DNA from: Lama guanicoe
Taxonomy: Eukaryota
Direction: 5' to 3'
DNA length: 64,000 bases
Assembly (NCBI GenBank): GCA_013239625.1
Contig: MU056000.1
Location: forward strand, 13,777,175-13,841,174
Part shown: positions 1 to 13,458 of the stretch, piece after piece
Layout of the letters: every line of letters starts with the position of its first letter
Numbering within the stretch: position 1 is the stretch's first letter
Notes under the pieces: generated by a model
Databases searched by the model: none
Told to the model about the DNA's origin: nothing
What the model saw: only the letters and a program-made list of their open reading frames with translations
Translations under genes and position numbers: made by a program

Positions 1-90
1 TGAGCACAGGTGTACTGTTATTTTCTGATTTGCTCCTTTCCCCTTTTTCTCCCCCTGCCCCATGCTCATTTCTTTCTAACTGCCTAACCA
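1..90 (-). mobile_element. End of an ERV1-type LTR, same family as 28123-28761
   Basis: 1-90 (caggtgtactgttattttctg...ccccctgccc...tgctcatttctttctaactgcc) aligns closely with ~28672-28761. Confidence 0.75.
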
Positions 91-1931
91 TGTTCCTGTA
101 ATCCTCCAACAAGACACTTGTTATTTTCTGTTCTGCAACTTTTGATTTCTATATGAATGGAAAAGTGTAGTACTTTATAAGGTCAAGCTGGGAGGCAGAG
201 CCTTGAGAAAGGATTATTATGTATGTATCAGGCCACAGGCAACATTCTTTTACAAAGGTGCAGAGCCAGCAGGACTCATCTTTATAATGTTCAGATTTCT
301 GACCATTACAATAGTCTTTGTAATTTTTAGTTGGAAACTGCTTGTGTATAACTTCCTCATTTTTCTCAGGAGGGTATAAAATCATATCAAGTCTAGTCTC
401 TTCTCCTCACTCCTGGCTTCAGATGCTTTAGGGTAAGACTGGCTTTGCATACATTTTCTGTCATATTAATTGTAATATTAGGAACTGAGAGCAACATTGT
501 TTCTAAGAGTTGGTGACCGCTGGAGATTTAGCAAAGCTTATCATGTTCTTCTACCAGTACATTATGCTTTCAATAAGGATATGCAAGTTTCAATTAGCTG
601 GACTGTGTTTCTCAGCACCCTGTTGCCGTGTATTACTCCTGTCAAGTAAATGCCCCAGGTCTGTTGTACATGAATCACCACTGAGATAATTATAGTGTTC
701 TCAAGCATAGGACATTTATTTAAAAATTTTAAAATATAACCCTAATGGATAACATTGTTATAGATTCACATTAAAATTGAAATCTGAGATTATGTAAATC
801 CATATTCAAATTAAACTCATGATACATCTCTCAGAGCTTTCAGCCATCAGTATTGTCATTCAAATTGTAGTTTAAAATCTTGGGTGACACCCATGTTATG
901 ACACATGCCGGAGGCTATTTATTCACCCTAAATCCCTTTTTGCAATAATTTAAGTGTACAAGACGTTCAAGTTTGAATATGCTATCAACCAAGTTTACTT
1001 TTCAATTTAAGACCCTGAAATCATACAAGGTCAAGCTCAGGTGCATACCCAGAATTGCACCCTGCAAGTAAGCACATCAGAGATGTTTCATTCAGGTAAC
1101 TTTCATTGGCTCACTTTCTTCATACAGAAATAAAACTAGAAGTTAGGCAGATTAAAAATAAATAGAGTCTCCAGATAGTAGTCTTGAAAGCAAACCTATG
1201 AAGTTCTAACTGCATGTTAAAAGAAGGAAGCCAGCTTGAGTATCAGTGGGATTACTATGTAAACAGGGTGTAAATGAAGTTCTTACACATAAAAGGAAAA
1301 TGGCAAAGAGGATAAATAGATTTCTCTCAATTGCCTTGTCTGCAGAAAATGTTAGGGAAATTCTTACACGTGGATCATGCCTTGAAATGGGCAATTAGCA
1401 ATATTATGCTGACTGGTGACATGCTCTTGTCAGTAATTTATATTTTAACATGGATGAACCATTTATGTACTTACTATGTCCAAAATGCTCTTATTAAGCC
1501 ATCAATTCTTTTTTGAAAATGGGTAGTTCATTTTATCTAGTACTTGCTATCAGATTTTACAAGTAGAAGATATTCATTTAGATTATTTTATTCTATCTCT
1601 GAGAGGTGAAATGTCACAGATGATGGGATCTTATTTCACGATGAAAACACAGTACAGGGGAATGGGGAATGTCATTTCATTTAGACATTATAAATAAATG
1701 CCATTCTTTGTCATGAATTACGTGATGATTTCTGGACTCTTCAGTCATTTAATTCATATACAAAATTGTCACACTTACTGATAAACAGAAATAAATGTCA
1801 AAATCTTAGTTTCCAAAATACTCCTTATAAGATCGGCATTAATATTCATGCTTTCCAGGTAAAGCCCACATTAAATTTACAATAAAAATAACTAGTGTTA
1901 TTTATGGGCACAAATATGTACTGAATTCTCT

Positions 1932-2441
1932 CATTGAGAGACAGTTCTCAATAGATCTCTTCCATTTCTGAAAATCCTGCGAGGAAGCATTGATGCCTTG
2001 GGTTTCCAGATTCTTTATTTCAAGGAGTTGCACAGTAAAGAGCCTTGAAACATAGATAGATTTTCTTCTTCTGGAGCAGAGGGTATGTTTTTGTTTCCTG
2101 ATCAGGGTAATAAAGCTCCTCTCCAGGGAAATGTTGGACAGGGCTACTCACAACCCCCTTCTAAATTGGGGGTTCCCTAAACTTGGGGATCCTCAGCTGT
2201 GACCCATTCCCGTCTTGTGTACAACCTTCAACTGGGGTACTCTACATTGCCCCCAGGGAACTGGGGGCAGGAGCAAGGGGAACTAATGTGAACATGAAAT
2301 TCATGCTGCTCTCTGGGAGTAATAACGCTCTTTGTCTCTGACCTGGCTTTCCTGTGTCTTCCTTAGACCCCTGGGCACTGGGGAGCTAACTTGTTAGGGT
2401 GTAAATAGGATCGAGCCTCAAACTTTTCATTGTCTTTGACA
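1932..2441 (+). mobile_element. LTR40-like (ERVL) solo LTR
   Basis: Resembles the recalled LTR40 consensus along its length (ttgagagacagttctc...ctggagcagaggg...gagtaataa..ctttgtctctgacc...gctaacttgttag...ctttgaca). Confidence 0.65.
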
Positions 2442-2472
2442 ACAACCTTTAGTGAAGACAGGAGCTGCATAC

Positions 2473-2975
2473 TGTCCACTGAAATAAAATCACACGTGAG
2501 GACTGTGGGTTAAGTTTTATTTGGGGCAAAATGAGACTATAGCCCAGGAGGTAGCATCTCAGATAGCTCTGAAGAACTGCTCTGAAGAGGCGAGGGGAAA
2601 ACTCAGTATTATATACGATCTTAGTGAAGAGGGTACGTGCAGTCAAGCACACATTTAGACAGGGACTTGCTACTAGTCATGAGGAGATGTCACCACTAAT
2701 GGATTTAGTGCTTTTCTAGATAGAAGGAGATGCAAGAACTAGGGCTCATAAAATTTTCTCCTGAAAATATTTGACTATCTGAAGGCTTGTTCTGCCAGTG
2801 TTCCCAGAGCACAGAGCGCCTCACTCCTGCTCTCCACCCTGAACTCCTTGCAGGGAATGTCGGAGCTCAGCGGTTGCAGCGGCTCGTGATTTAATCCAAG
2901 CAGAGGTAGGTGGCAAGTGCCAACGTGATCCAGTCCTTGGAGAGGCAGGCGGCAAGTGCCAGTTTGTAGTTAGCA
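2473..2975 (-). mobile_element. MER41-like ERV1 solo LTR (cetartiodactyl type)
   Basis: TG...CA termini with near-matching 4-bp flanks ATAC/ATCC. Carries the MER41-type motifs tctcagatagctctgaagaactgctctgaagagg and atttagtgcttttcta...gatgcaaga. Confidence 0.7.
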
Positions 2976-3229
2976 ATCCCATTCCCTCTCTGTCTCCAAC
3001 TATAATTTCTGAACCACATTAAATAGCAAGAAGGATTGGGCTTAGTTTCTGTTTTTGAACCATGATCCCACGAATTCAGTATTCATCACTGAACTCTTGT
3101 GTTTACTGAGATGCCAAGCTTTTCATCTTTCTAACACATGCCCTTTAATTATGTTAAAATTTGCACAAGACTTTATAGCTTAAGGAGTAGTTTTATGTAA
3201 ATAATCTAATTAATCTTCTCCTAAAACCT

Positions 3230-4290
3230 GAGGAATATTATCACAAGCAAGTTTCTGAAAAGAAAATAATGGGGCTAAAAATGTAGCAATAACATAGTCA
3301 GGGACATGGATTTAATAAACGATATCTTTTGACATGCAATGGCTTGTCTTTTCTGCATATTACCCTGCTTTTTAAAACTATCTCTGCAATAATATATATG
3401 GAGAAATTGTCTGATATATACCACCATAAAGAGATTCATGAGAACTTTCATAACTACAAGATATTTTGGAATTATTTACCACCATTATCAGAGGCAGACT
3501 ATTTCTTGAAATACATGGTATTTATGACAGTGAAAGGTGCTGCTAAAAAATAAAGAAAATAATGTCCTTTAAATAATAAACAGATGAAAAATATTATATT
3601 ATTTAGTGTATTTTCAAATGAATGACAATGAGAACACTATGTCTTAAAACTAATGTGATACAAAGAAAACAACACTTGGAAATACTTTTTTTATCCTTAA
3701 AGGTAAAATTTTAGAAAATAAGAAAATATTGAAAGTAAAATTTCTACAAATTTATAAAAGCAACAAATTAACCCTTAGAAAACTGAGAAAAGATAAGTTA
3801 TCAGAGAAGAATTAAATAAAATAGAAAAAATAGAATATGTAGATAAAAGGAAAAGGAGAAGAGGAGAAGGAGGAGGAAGGAGAAAACAAATATGGTTCTC
3901 TTAAAAGATTGATAAGATTTTGAAACCTCAAGACAAATTAGAAAATAAAGTATGGATGAAATAAATAATTGGGGGAATATCAAATAGACAGGACTACAGA
4001 CTAAATAGGTCTGAAGTAGATAGACTCTTGGAAAGTAAATGGAGAGCAGATGAGTGGGTAATTTTTTGAAATGTATAACTTTCTCAATAAACGTGTAAAA
4101 CCTGAGCTTCCTCCTCAGTACTTACAAAATTGAATCAACAGTTTAAATCATGGTCACTGAAAAATCCATATACACAGTCAATTTTATGCAATGATCAAGA
4201 AAAAGATAATTTCATGCTATAAAATTATTCTGTTGTATATAAAAGGGGAAAAAGCCTGGCCACTCACTTCATGATCCTAATACTATCTTT
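3230..4290 (+). mobile_element. Degenerate ancient L1M (ORF2 region) fragment
   Basis: A-rich strand with L1M-like phrases (tttcaaatgaatgacaatgagaacac..., cactcacttcatgatcctaatactatc). No intact ORF. Boundaries approximate. Confidence 0.45.
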
Positions 4291-4782
4291 ACTGCATATT
4301 CTCTAGATGATGGCTAATGACTAGCAGTTACATTCAAGGTAAAAGGAAAAAAAAAAGAGAGAGAAAGAAATGGAAGGGATACTGCAAATGCATCTATCCC
4401 CTTCGATCAGAAATTCTTAGCTTCCCCACACGCGCCATAGAACAGGAACTTTACTCAAAATCAAATAAAGTACATTTCTAATATCATCATCAGTATATTA
4501 TGTTAATTGAGAAGTATATTAGATTTAAGCATGTCTAATTCATCTCTGATCACTTAAATTTTTTGTTATGACCTAAGAATCACATTAAATACACTATAAT
4601 ATTACTTTTAGTATGTTTTGATCTTTCTCTGATCATTGACTGCAGGACAGGCATTAAGTTGCACAAATTCAGCATAGAGTCCTTATGGATGTTTCTATAA
4701 AGTAAAATCATGAACCAGTATTATCAGGAATAGTCCCTTAAGAAATCAGAAAATTAGGTAACAAGTAAAACAAGGGATGGGT

Positions 4783-4810
4783 TTTCTTTCTTTCTTTCTT
4801 TCTTTCTTTT
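4783..4810. repeat. (TTTC)n microsatellite
   Basis: Direct reading. Confidence 0.85.
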
Positions 4811-5499
4811 TCACTTAACATATTCTTAAGTTGGGCAGAATCACAATCAAAACTTTGAGCTATCAGCACTCATCCTGACAATTTTAAGATTCTTTTCTGG
4901 TGACAATAGCAGATCAAATTAATTACTATCATCACCCTCTCTCTATTACAATAGTGCAACTGTAGAAACGGAATGTGCGAATTGCTCTTCTGTTTTCAGC
5001 CTAGCAGTTGTGCCAAAGTGGGGTGTAGTCTTACTTTTCTTCTGCCATGAGATACTGATGGATGATTTTTACATGTACCTCCTGATGATTTGTCCAATCC
5101 CTTTTTTATGCCTTCTGGAGAGGCAGATGAGTAAAAAGTCTATCTAAAGCCATCTTCTAAAAGATTAGAAAAAGGTACTTGCAGAGATTTTTCCAGGCTT
5201 ACCTTCTATTTCTTTATTTCTCATTTTATTTCTTTATTTCTCATTTTTTCTTCTTACATCAGGGTTCAAGGATCGGCATTTGGAGATACAAACTTGAAAA
5301 TAGCATTCTTGTATCCTCTTCAATATGGGAATTTAGAGGCTCGATTTAATATTTTTCTTCTGGGGCTACCCTATAATTATTTGCTGAGGAAATCTTTTGG
5401 ATCTGTTGGTAAGTACTCCCTTGGTCCATTTCTGTGATACGGTTGAACAGCGGTCTACTCAGTGAGAAGTAATAGTTAGACCCTTCAACTCTCATAAGA

Positions 5500-5620
5500 G
5501 GATTCAGTCAGTCATGCAACAAATATTTATTGAGTGCCGACCATATGCCAAACACACCATTCAGATTTCTTGGATCATATCAGTGAGCAAAAAGACAAAA
5601 ATATTTGCTCCTAAGAAGCA
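5500..5620 (-). mobile_element. L2 3'-end fragment
   Basis: attcagtcagtcatgcaacaaatatttattgagtgccgaccatatgcca...cagtgagcaaaaagacaaaa is the typical reverse-strand L2 tail. Confidence 0.7.
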
Positions 5621-5780
5621 TATTGGTAGGTTGCAGAAAGTTCAAACAAAACACTGAGTCTGCAATTATCTTGCAACACACAACACTCATCACTCATCTC
5701 CGGGTATTTCTCTAAACTTGCATCCTCAAAAACAGAGCAATGCAGTATTTATCAAAAACATGGTAAAGAGAAATAATGTT

Positions 5781-6187
5781 AGTATTAGTTTGCCAAGGCT
5801 GTCATAAGAAACTACTGCAAATGGGGTGACCTACACATCTGAAATGCATTGGCTCACATTTCTGAAGTCTAGAAGTACAAGGTCAAGGTGTTAGCAGGGT
5901 TGGCTTCTCAGCTTATAGAAATATCACCTCATCTGCATTCACTGTCACATGGTGTTTCCCCTGTTGTCTCCTCGCAGTGTTTTCTTCTGTGTGTATCTGT
6001 CTCTGTATCCACATTCCCCCTTTTAAGTATACCAGTCACAATGGATTAGAGCCAACCCCAATGACATAATTTTAACTTGACTAATTATATCTACAATGAC
6101 CATATTTAAAAATAAGTTTACATTCTGAGTTGTGGAGGATTAGAACTTCAACATATAAATTTTCAGGGATACAGTCAACTCATAGCA
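5781..6187 (-). mobile_element. MLT1 (ERVL-MaLR) LTR
   Basis: gtattagtttgccaaggctgtcataag...tctagaagtacaaggtcaaggtgttagcagggttgg...ttcacattctgag...acagtcaactcatagca matches recalled MLT1B/C features. Confidence 0.75.
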
Positions 6188-9100
6188 ATGCTTACAGACG
6201 AATAACTAGATTAAGGATTCAGTCAAACCATCAGGCTTCTGTACTTGAATTGTGTAAACTAGCATTGTCTTCACTTTTTGCTCCAACCATAAAAACTAGC
6301 TTTTTCTTTATGTTTTGACTTCATGGTATTATTCTACACTGAGGGATTTGAGACAAAAATATACAAATTCTCATCACATTTATTACAAGGGATTTATAGA
6401 TTCATTACTAATTATACAATGGAGTCTAATGCTGCAGCCATGAGGATCCATCTGTGGACTTCAGATAAATATTTGATTGATATTTTTTGCTTATGAAAAA
6501 TGTAATTCACATACCAATGGTGATTTTGGCCTTCTATTTTGGCTTTTGGAAACTACAATTATAAAACTGACTTGACGCTCAATTTTTTGACAGTAATATA
6601 TTGGCTGTCTTTTGTTCCATTGATGTCTTCTTTCGTCCATCCCTATTTGCTGAACTATTTTTACCTTGATATAGTGTATGCATTGTGTATAATGCTTCAA
6701 CTCTATTTAGAAAAAGAGACGGTCTGTAAATAACACAATTATTCTAAATAAAAACATAGTAGAACCTACATGATATGAGTGATATATCATGTTTTAATTT
6801 AGTTAACATATGAGCAGAAGCTTATTTCCCATTCATAAATTAGATCTTTTACCAAATCGTTGATAACAATTTTTTACTCTACAATTTTATCTATTTTAAA
6901 TGTGTTTTTACTCACTGCTAAAGTGTGCCACTTATGTTTCGAGTGTTTTTTTCCTATTTTTTTTTTTACTATTGTTTCCTTTTAATCCAGATTTGCCTTT
7001 TTTGAGGACTGTAGTAAAATAATATACTTCTGCCCTTCTCAACAGAAGATATCAGAGAAGTGTTAGAAAAGTACCTGCAACACACTCAAAGAGCAATTTG
7101 TCCAACAGTTTCCATTTTCTTTTTGATCATTTGGGACCAATGAGATAAATTCTTGTACCACTCCGCTGTCCACATGGATGACTAGAAGTGTTTAAATACA
7201 TCATGGCAGATTATTTCTCAAACTATCAAGTACCAAGAAAGACAAAATAGATACAAGAGTGAGCTTCCACTTGTATTCGGCATATCCCTCTATATAAACT
7301 CAGACTCAGACAATACAATGACAGTCATATAGATGGGCATTATAAGTTAAGACCATACTACCTAAACAACACATTTCAATGCTTGTAAATACTCTAAGTA
7401 TCTCCTTTGTTTCAATTAACTTTTTCAAATGTGAGAGTAACATATGCTTTCATGCGCATTGTAAAAATAAGAATAAAGCTGCGTCTAGAGCAAAAATGGC
7501 ACTTCCTATTGTCGTCCTTCTTGTACTTCTGCAAGCATTTAGGATATATCAGTATTAAGCTATTTATTTGTTGTGTTAATTTATTTATATGCATTGGTAT
7601 TTAAATGTCCATGTGAATGTCTATGTGAGAATGTGTCTCTATATTTTGTTCATAATACTAATAATGACAAACTATTAGTTGCTTTTTGAAGTAGCAATAT
7701 GCTGTCTTGGTGATTATCCCATTTTAAAATATTCAGATAAAACTACCTCTTTCTTTTCATCTGTTGCATAGTTTCACTATCTTTTTGTTGAACATAGGTT
7801 TGTTTTAAACAGCATCCATCTTGATTATGTTTTCTTAGATTTTTAATTTGTTACAAAGCCAAAACTTACTAAGGTTACAATGATCTGTTTCCTCCTCAAT
7901 ATTTATTATGCTTTCCTTATTGTTACTATTCTCTTTTCCTTATTTTATTCTTGATCTAGCAAATAATGTTAAAATTTCTATACCTCCTCCCTTTCTAATA
8001 TGTGATAGATTTTTATATTTTTTTTATGAAAATGCCAAATTAAATAATAATTATGCCTGTTAAAAAAAAAAAGACCTTTGGTAACTTGTACTTCCAAGCC
8101 TCCAACCACACTTTTTCAAGTAACATATTTGTGAATTAAAATTGTGTTTTTAATTTGTCCTCTTTGTAATTCTTCTTTTTCAGGCTAGATTCATACTGTA
8201 TAATTTATTTAGGTTTAACTGAAAATATTTGGTTTTTTTTTCACTTTTGTTTGCATTTTCCCGTCTCTCTTTTAAGACCTTTTCTGATTTACTGTTATAC
8301 AGACTAGTTTTTCCCCCTTCTTAATTATTTTTTTCAATCAATGAGTTATGTTTCTTGGTCCTTCCATACCTGAAATACTTTTCTTTGCCCTTTTCATTTA
8401 TGAATGAGACCACCACAAATGACATCTTTATGGGAGTGTTTTTGGCTGAGTGGGCCAAATTAACTCTAGGGACAGTCTAGAGAGAGAAATGTATTGTACA
8501 GGAGAAAAGAGGTTATCTGGGTAAAATAATAAAAATAAAATAAAATAAGATAGTAGATTCAAGACAACTGGGAATGTCAACAGAAACTTACCCAGAAAAA
8601 TGGCAAACATAACATAATAAAGCAAAACCACAAAAATCACAAAGAGAAGCAGGAGAAGAAAAGAGAATTAGAACTATTGCATGGTCTGTATCTCCCACCC
8701 CCCATCCTGTCTCCACCTCAAATTTGTTAGCAGGAAGTTTTCAGGTAGGACTATGCATGTATTCCTTACTCTTGGTGGACTATGAAAAAAAAAAAGGCAA
8801 AACTCACAAATGTATTTTGCATCTATTTACAGTAATTACTATTGATCTGTCACTCCATTTCCAGATGAGAAAATTGAAATTCAGAATTATTTAACAGCTA
8901 TTCTTAAGTCATGCAGGTGAATAAAACACCAGCTATTCAAAGCAGCACTCACTCCTCAGAAAGGCAGCATTTACTGTAAAGATAAACATTACCTTCCACA
9001 AGGTCAGATAATATAGTTTCAAACAGTTATTAACTTTTCATAACTTTCTACAGAAAAGACAACATTTGATGGGAAATCTCTCATGTCACTCAGTAAGATC

Positions 9101-9555
9101 AGTAGCTTTTGGAAAAGTTGGAAGTTGGGGAAAATACTGCAACTAAAGGAAAGCAGCGATGTGTGATGTAACATCAAATAAAATGTAAAAGCTTGCTTGA
9201 AACAACCCATTTCAAAATAAAAGAGGTCTGGAAACTATGCCTCTGGCTTGAAGAATGGCTTGAGGAAAAGTGTGGTGATGAAAAACTGTTCTCCACTGGT
9301 TCAGTTCTTTCTTCGAGGAAGGCTCAACAAGTTCAAATCTGAAGCAAAGCCATTCTTACCAGAGATTTCAATCAGAGAGTGTGTCATAGGCACCCAGATG
9401 CAATCCCCTGGTCCCACCATCCTTTTTTCAGTAAAAGCTTTTTGTGGATGATACAGATTCGAGGCGAGGAGTCAGGGGAACACTATCAAAAGGCTTCAAA
9501 TGTAATACACTTGCTATTAAAGCTCTAAATCTTACCAGCTATAAGGGCCACCTCA

Positions 9556-9609
9556 GCACCAGAAACTGACACATTGTAACTGACTACACTTCATTTAAAA
9601 AAAAAAAAA
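9556..9609 (+). mobile_element. Extremely 5'-truncated L1 3' terminus with poly(A)
   Basis: caccagaaactgacacattgtaactgactacacttca followed by an A tract; resembles the camelid L1 3' end. Confidence 0.65.
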
Positions 9610-9625
9610 GAATGAATGAATAGAT

Positions 9626-9896
9626 GGGGAGGGATAAATTAGGAAAGGATTTGGGATTAGCAGATACACACTACTATATTTCAAATAGATAAACAACAAG
9701 GTCTTACTGTACAGCACAGGGAACAATAGGCATCTTGTAATAACCTATAATGAAAAATAATATGAAAAAGAGTGTGTGTATATATAAATATATGTGTATA
9801 TATAAATAAAAATAAATACACATATAACTAAATCACTATGCTGTACACCAGAAACTAACACAACATTGTAAATCAAATGTACTTTAATTAAAAAAA
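9626..9896 (+). mobile_element. Truncated cetartiodactyl L1 3' UTR with TSD
   Basis: gggagggataaattagg...atagataaacaacaagg...tgctgtacaccagaaactaacacaacattgtaaatcaa plus an A tail. Flanked by GAATAGAT at 9618-9625 and 9897-9904. Confidence 0.85.
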
Positions 9897-12800
9897 GAAT
9901 AGATAATTATTTTCACATAGGCATGCTGCTATTTCTATATGTCAGTAACTATATATAAATATGAATATATACATACATATATATAACCATTCAGATAGAC
10001 ATATAACTAATTAAACACACATACACAAAAAGGCCAAGTGCTGTTGGAAGTTTAACAAAGGATTGATGTGGTTAAAGGTGAAAAGTGTGAACTGTAGGAT
10101 GCAGGTCATTAGTTGGGATTTTGGTGGAGAGAGTGCTGATATAAGAGAAGTTGGTAAGTTTTTATTATTTTTTTAATAAATTCTAAATCAGGTCATGCAT
10201 ATCCAAGCAATGTACCTTTCCTACCAAAGGAGGAAATTAAATTATTTCACAATGCAGGAAAGTTCAGGAGTACCGAAGAAAATGAAAGAGTGAAAGAAAA
10301 GAGGTTCAGAAGAGCCACGGGAAAAGTAATTTCACAAAAAAGAGGAACCACGCGTTTTACAGAATGTCGTTTCTTAAATGCCAGTATGCCGGTTGCTATA
10401 GAAAGTGTTAATAAAAAAATCACTGCTTGAGCAAGTAGGGATTGGAAAATTTCACTGACTGAGGTCTAAAACCTTGACATTAAATTAAAGTGGCCATTCT
10501 GATGGAAATTGCTGCTGGAAAGAGTATTACAGGATGGAACAGAAGCTGATCAGCATTACGCAAAATGACCAAAAAGGGGGAAAACACGTATAATCAGTAT
10601 ACATCTCTTTTAAAATAATTTTTTCTAAATTTATGTATGGGGGGCTTGGCAGTTAAACTTAAACCTGCTTTATACATAACTGATATATAATTACTGTTTT
10701 TTTGTGTTAACCATCTCTATATGGCCGTCATTTTATGATATTGTTTCCTGTAATTATTTCTTTTCATTGTGAAGCTCCTTGGTTTATCTCTTCTGCAAAC
10801 ATTTATTGAGCATTTATTATCCTTTTGGAAGTCAGAACCATGCAAAGTTCTATGGCAAACAGACCCTAATTTATTTATGTTTATTAAGAATCTAATGTCC
10901 AGGAAGAGAAAACCTGAGAAAAGTCTTTGAGATGTTGTTGTGACACATTTTATTTCTGTCATAGTGGATAATATATTTATAGTTTAAGAAAAATCCCGCT
11001 TTAAAGGGTAGTGGAAAGATTTTCTTTCAATTTAGATACTCAAGAACTTAACTCAGTTTCAGAAGCAGGCACATAGTAAAATCAATGAGTGGCCTCTTCA
11101 TGTGTTATAGAATTCTTAAATGAAGGCTTGGCAAAGGATGCTGTGTAGTCATTTTAATAAGATGAATCTAACATCTTCAGCTTATTTTTCTCAGTCCTAA
11201 GGCCCAAATAGAAGCAAAACATTACCACGAGCATAATGGGAGAAAAACACTGCCTTCTTAACTGCCTGCGGTTTTAAACTGAGGAAAAACATTATTCTCT
11301 AACATGTAATTTGATATATTTTTTTCCCACTTTGTGTAGCCCTGAAAAGTAGCTGGGTCTAAACAAACATGGTTAGTTTTGCCTAAACTGTGCAGATTTG
11401 TTAAGACAAAATATTGCTTATTTGAAAGGGAGGAGAAATTAACATTGACGTCTAAGCCAACATCAGTTAAGCTATGGTTAAACAAGGATGCCAAATGCAA
11501 AAGAGAGAAAAGTGAAGAATCATAGTGGTAGAAAAGACTTGTGTAAATGGATAGAGCAGAAACGAAAGGTAATCGGGTTATGGGGAGTAGGGAGGTGTCG
11601 GGGGGAAGAACGATGATGAAGATGATGAGTAGATACATTTTATTAGAAACTCAGGTGTAATATGGCAAACTCACGGGTCCTGCCCATTCATTGACCTCAT
11701 TCTTTTCCATGTGGCTTTCTGCATATTAGCTGCAACAGGTCGAGGTATGAAAATGATTGACCATTACTGGATATTTTATCAAGTGGGTCAGCTAGATGAG
11801 AAGTTATTTTATCCTCAAATCATCCCCAACAAAAACATATATTAAGAATAATTCACCATGGACTAGCCACAATCGCGTCTGCCCAATACACAGAAATTTG
11901 ATATGCTTCTAAATGATCTGGCAGCAGTAATGCATATGTCTGAAAAAAACACGATTTGATTCTCCCAGAAATACTTCTGTTATCTGGGAACTGCAAATTC
12001 TATTCACTTTGCTCATTTTGGAATGACAAAACCATACTCTATCTTTTGCTTTTAAATTAAGCTCCTATAATCCATGTGTCACTTGTTTTCTTTCTAACTA
12101 GATCAATACAATGGAAGTAATTCTGAAGAAAATGCACCCTGCAGACTGAATCTATGGAATTCCAAATAGGTCTATTGGACAATTTTAGTTAAATTCAATA
12201 GGTTTGTTGGTGAAACAGCTGGTCTGGAAGTCAACATTATGAATATGAACTATCTCTGATTCTGATTAGAATTTTTTCACATAAAGTTCATCCATTTGAA
12301 TAAGACCAATTTTAAGAACTGTAAAACTGGCTGAGCATTACTCTGAAAGTCTTGAACGTGTATTTTCTTGCCTTCTAAATTTGGCTGTGCCATTTGGAGT
12401 TTTACACTTGATATTCTGTAAAATAAAACTGAGACATCTTAACCATCTGGTAGTTTTGTGGATAATTTAGCATAAATCCACTTGTGGCAGTTTATTTCAA
12501 AGCAGTTCCCATTAAATCCTGATCTTTAAGTATTGGAACTCCATTTCTAAGTACAGTTGCAGTTATGTACCTCTAGTTGTCCGTAGGCTTTACTATAATT
12601 GAGGTAATTACAGTCAATAAAAAAATAATTTGAGGCTCTTTACCATTATGGAACTGCTGTTGCCTACATGTGGTGGGTAAAAAATGGTTAACCAATAGTT
12701 CCCCAGTTGCTGGAATCAGGGGCATATTTGTGAGGAATAAACAGAAGATGGTTTTTTTTTCAGGTTTTACTCAGTTTAAATTTGCTTTCTTACCGGAAAA

Positions 12801-13370
12801 AAAAAAAACTTCCAGACTTTATAAATCCTCAAAGCCCCTTGTTAATTCTGGTAATGTGTGAGCCCCCAATACTGTACCCAGAAAAGAGCCGGTAAGGTCC
12901 TTCACAAACACAAGACAGCAAATCCACCATGATATATTTAGTCTAGAGTAAAAATGCTGAAAAATAATGAGCAACAGAAAAGCATTCGCAATATCAACTG
13001 AAGAATTCCAAGAGAATACCATTTTTCTTTAATGAACACAAAGAAAATGATTCAAAGAAATGATCATTTCATTTTGGACTGCACTAACAGTCTAGCACGT
13101 GGAAGAGCAGAACATCAAGCGCTGGGTAAGAATGTCTCCAAACAGGTTGAAATAAAGTCCTTCAAGTGGTATCAGGGGTGGAAGAACTCCACATTGCACG
13201 GGCACGGTCTTGGTACCAGAAGCACACTGCATATTCCTTGCTGCAATGATAGCTATGTGAAACGGAGGTTACAGACACTCTTTAGCACTAGATCTTCGAG
13301 GAAGTAGAAACGGCATTTGAAAACAGATGAATAAGAGATCACGTAAATGCATAGATATCATCTCTCATTT

Positions 13371-13458
13371 TATATATATACACACACACGTATATACATC
13401 TCTATACATCTTTCTCTCTATATATATATACATATACACACACACACACATATATACA
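13371..13458. repeat. Compound (TA)n/(CA)n microsatellite
   Basis: Direct reading. Confidence 0.85.

Noticed and set aside
5207..5246. Small local tandem duplications (also ~25196-25221 and ~53008-53046)
   Set aside because: These are two-copy slippage duplications of 13-24 bp, common in mammalian DNA, with no supporting context.
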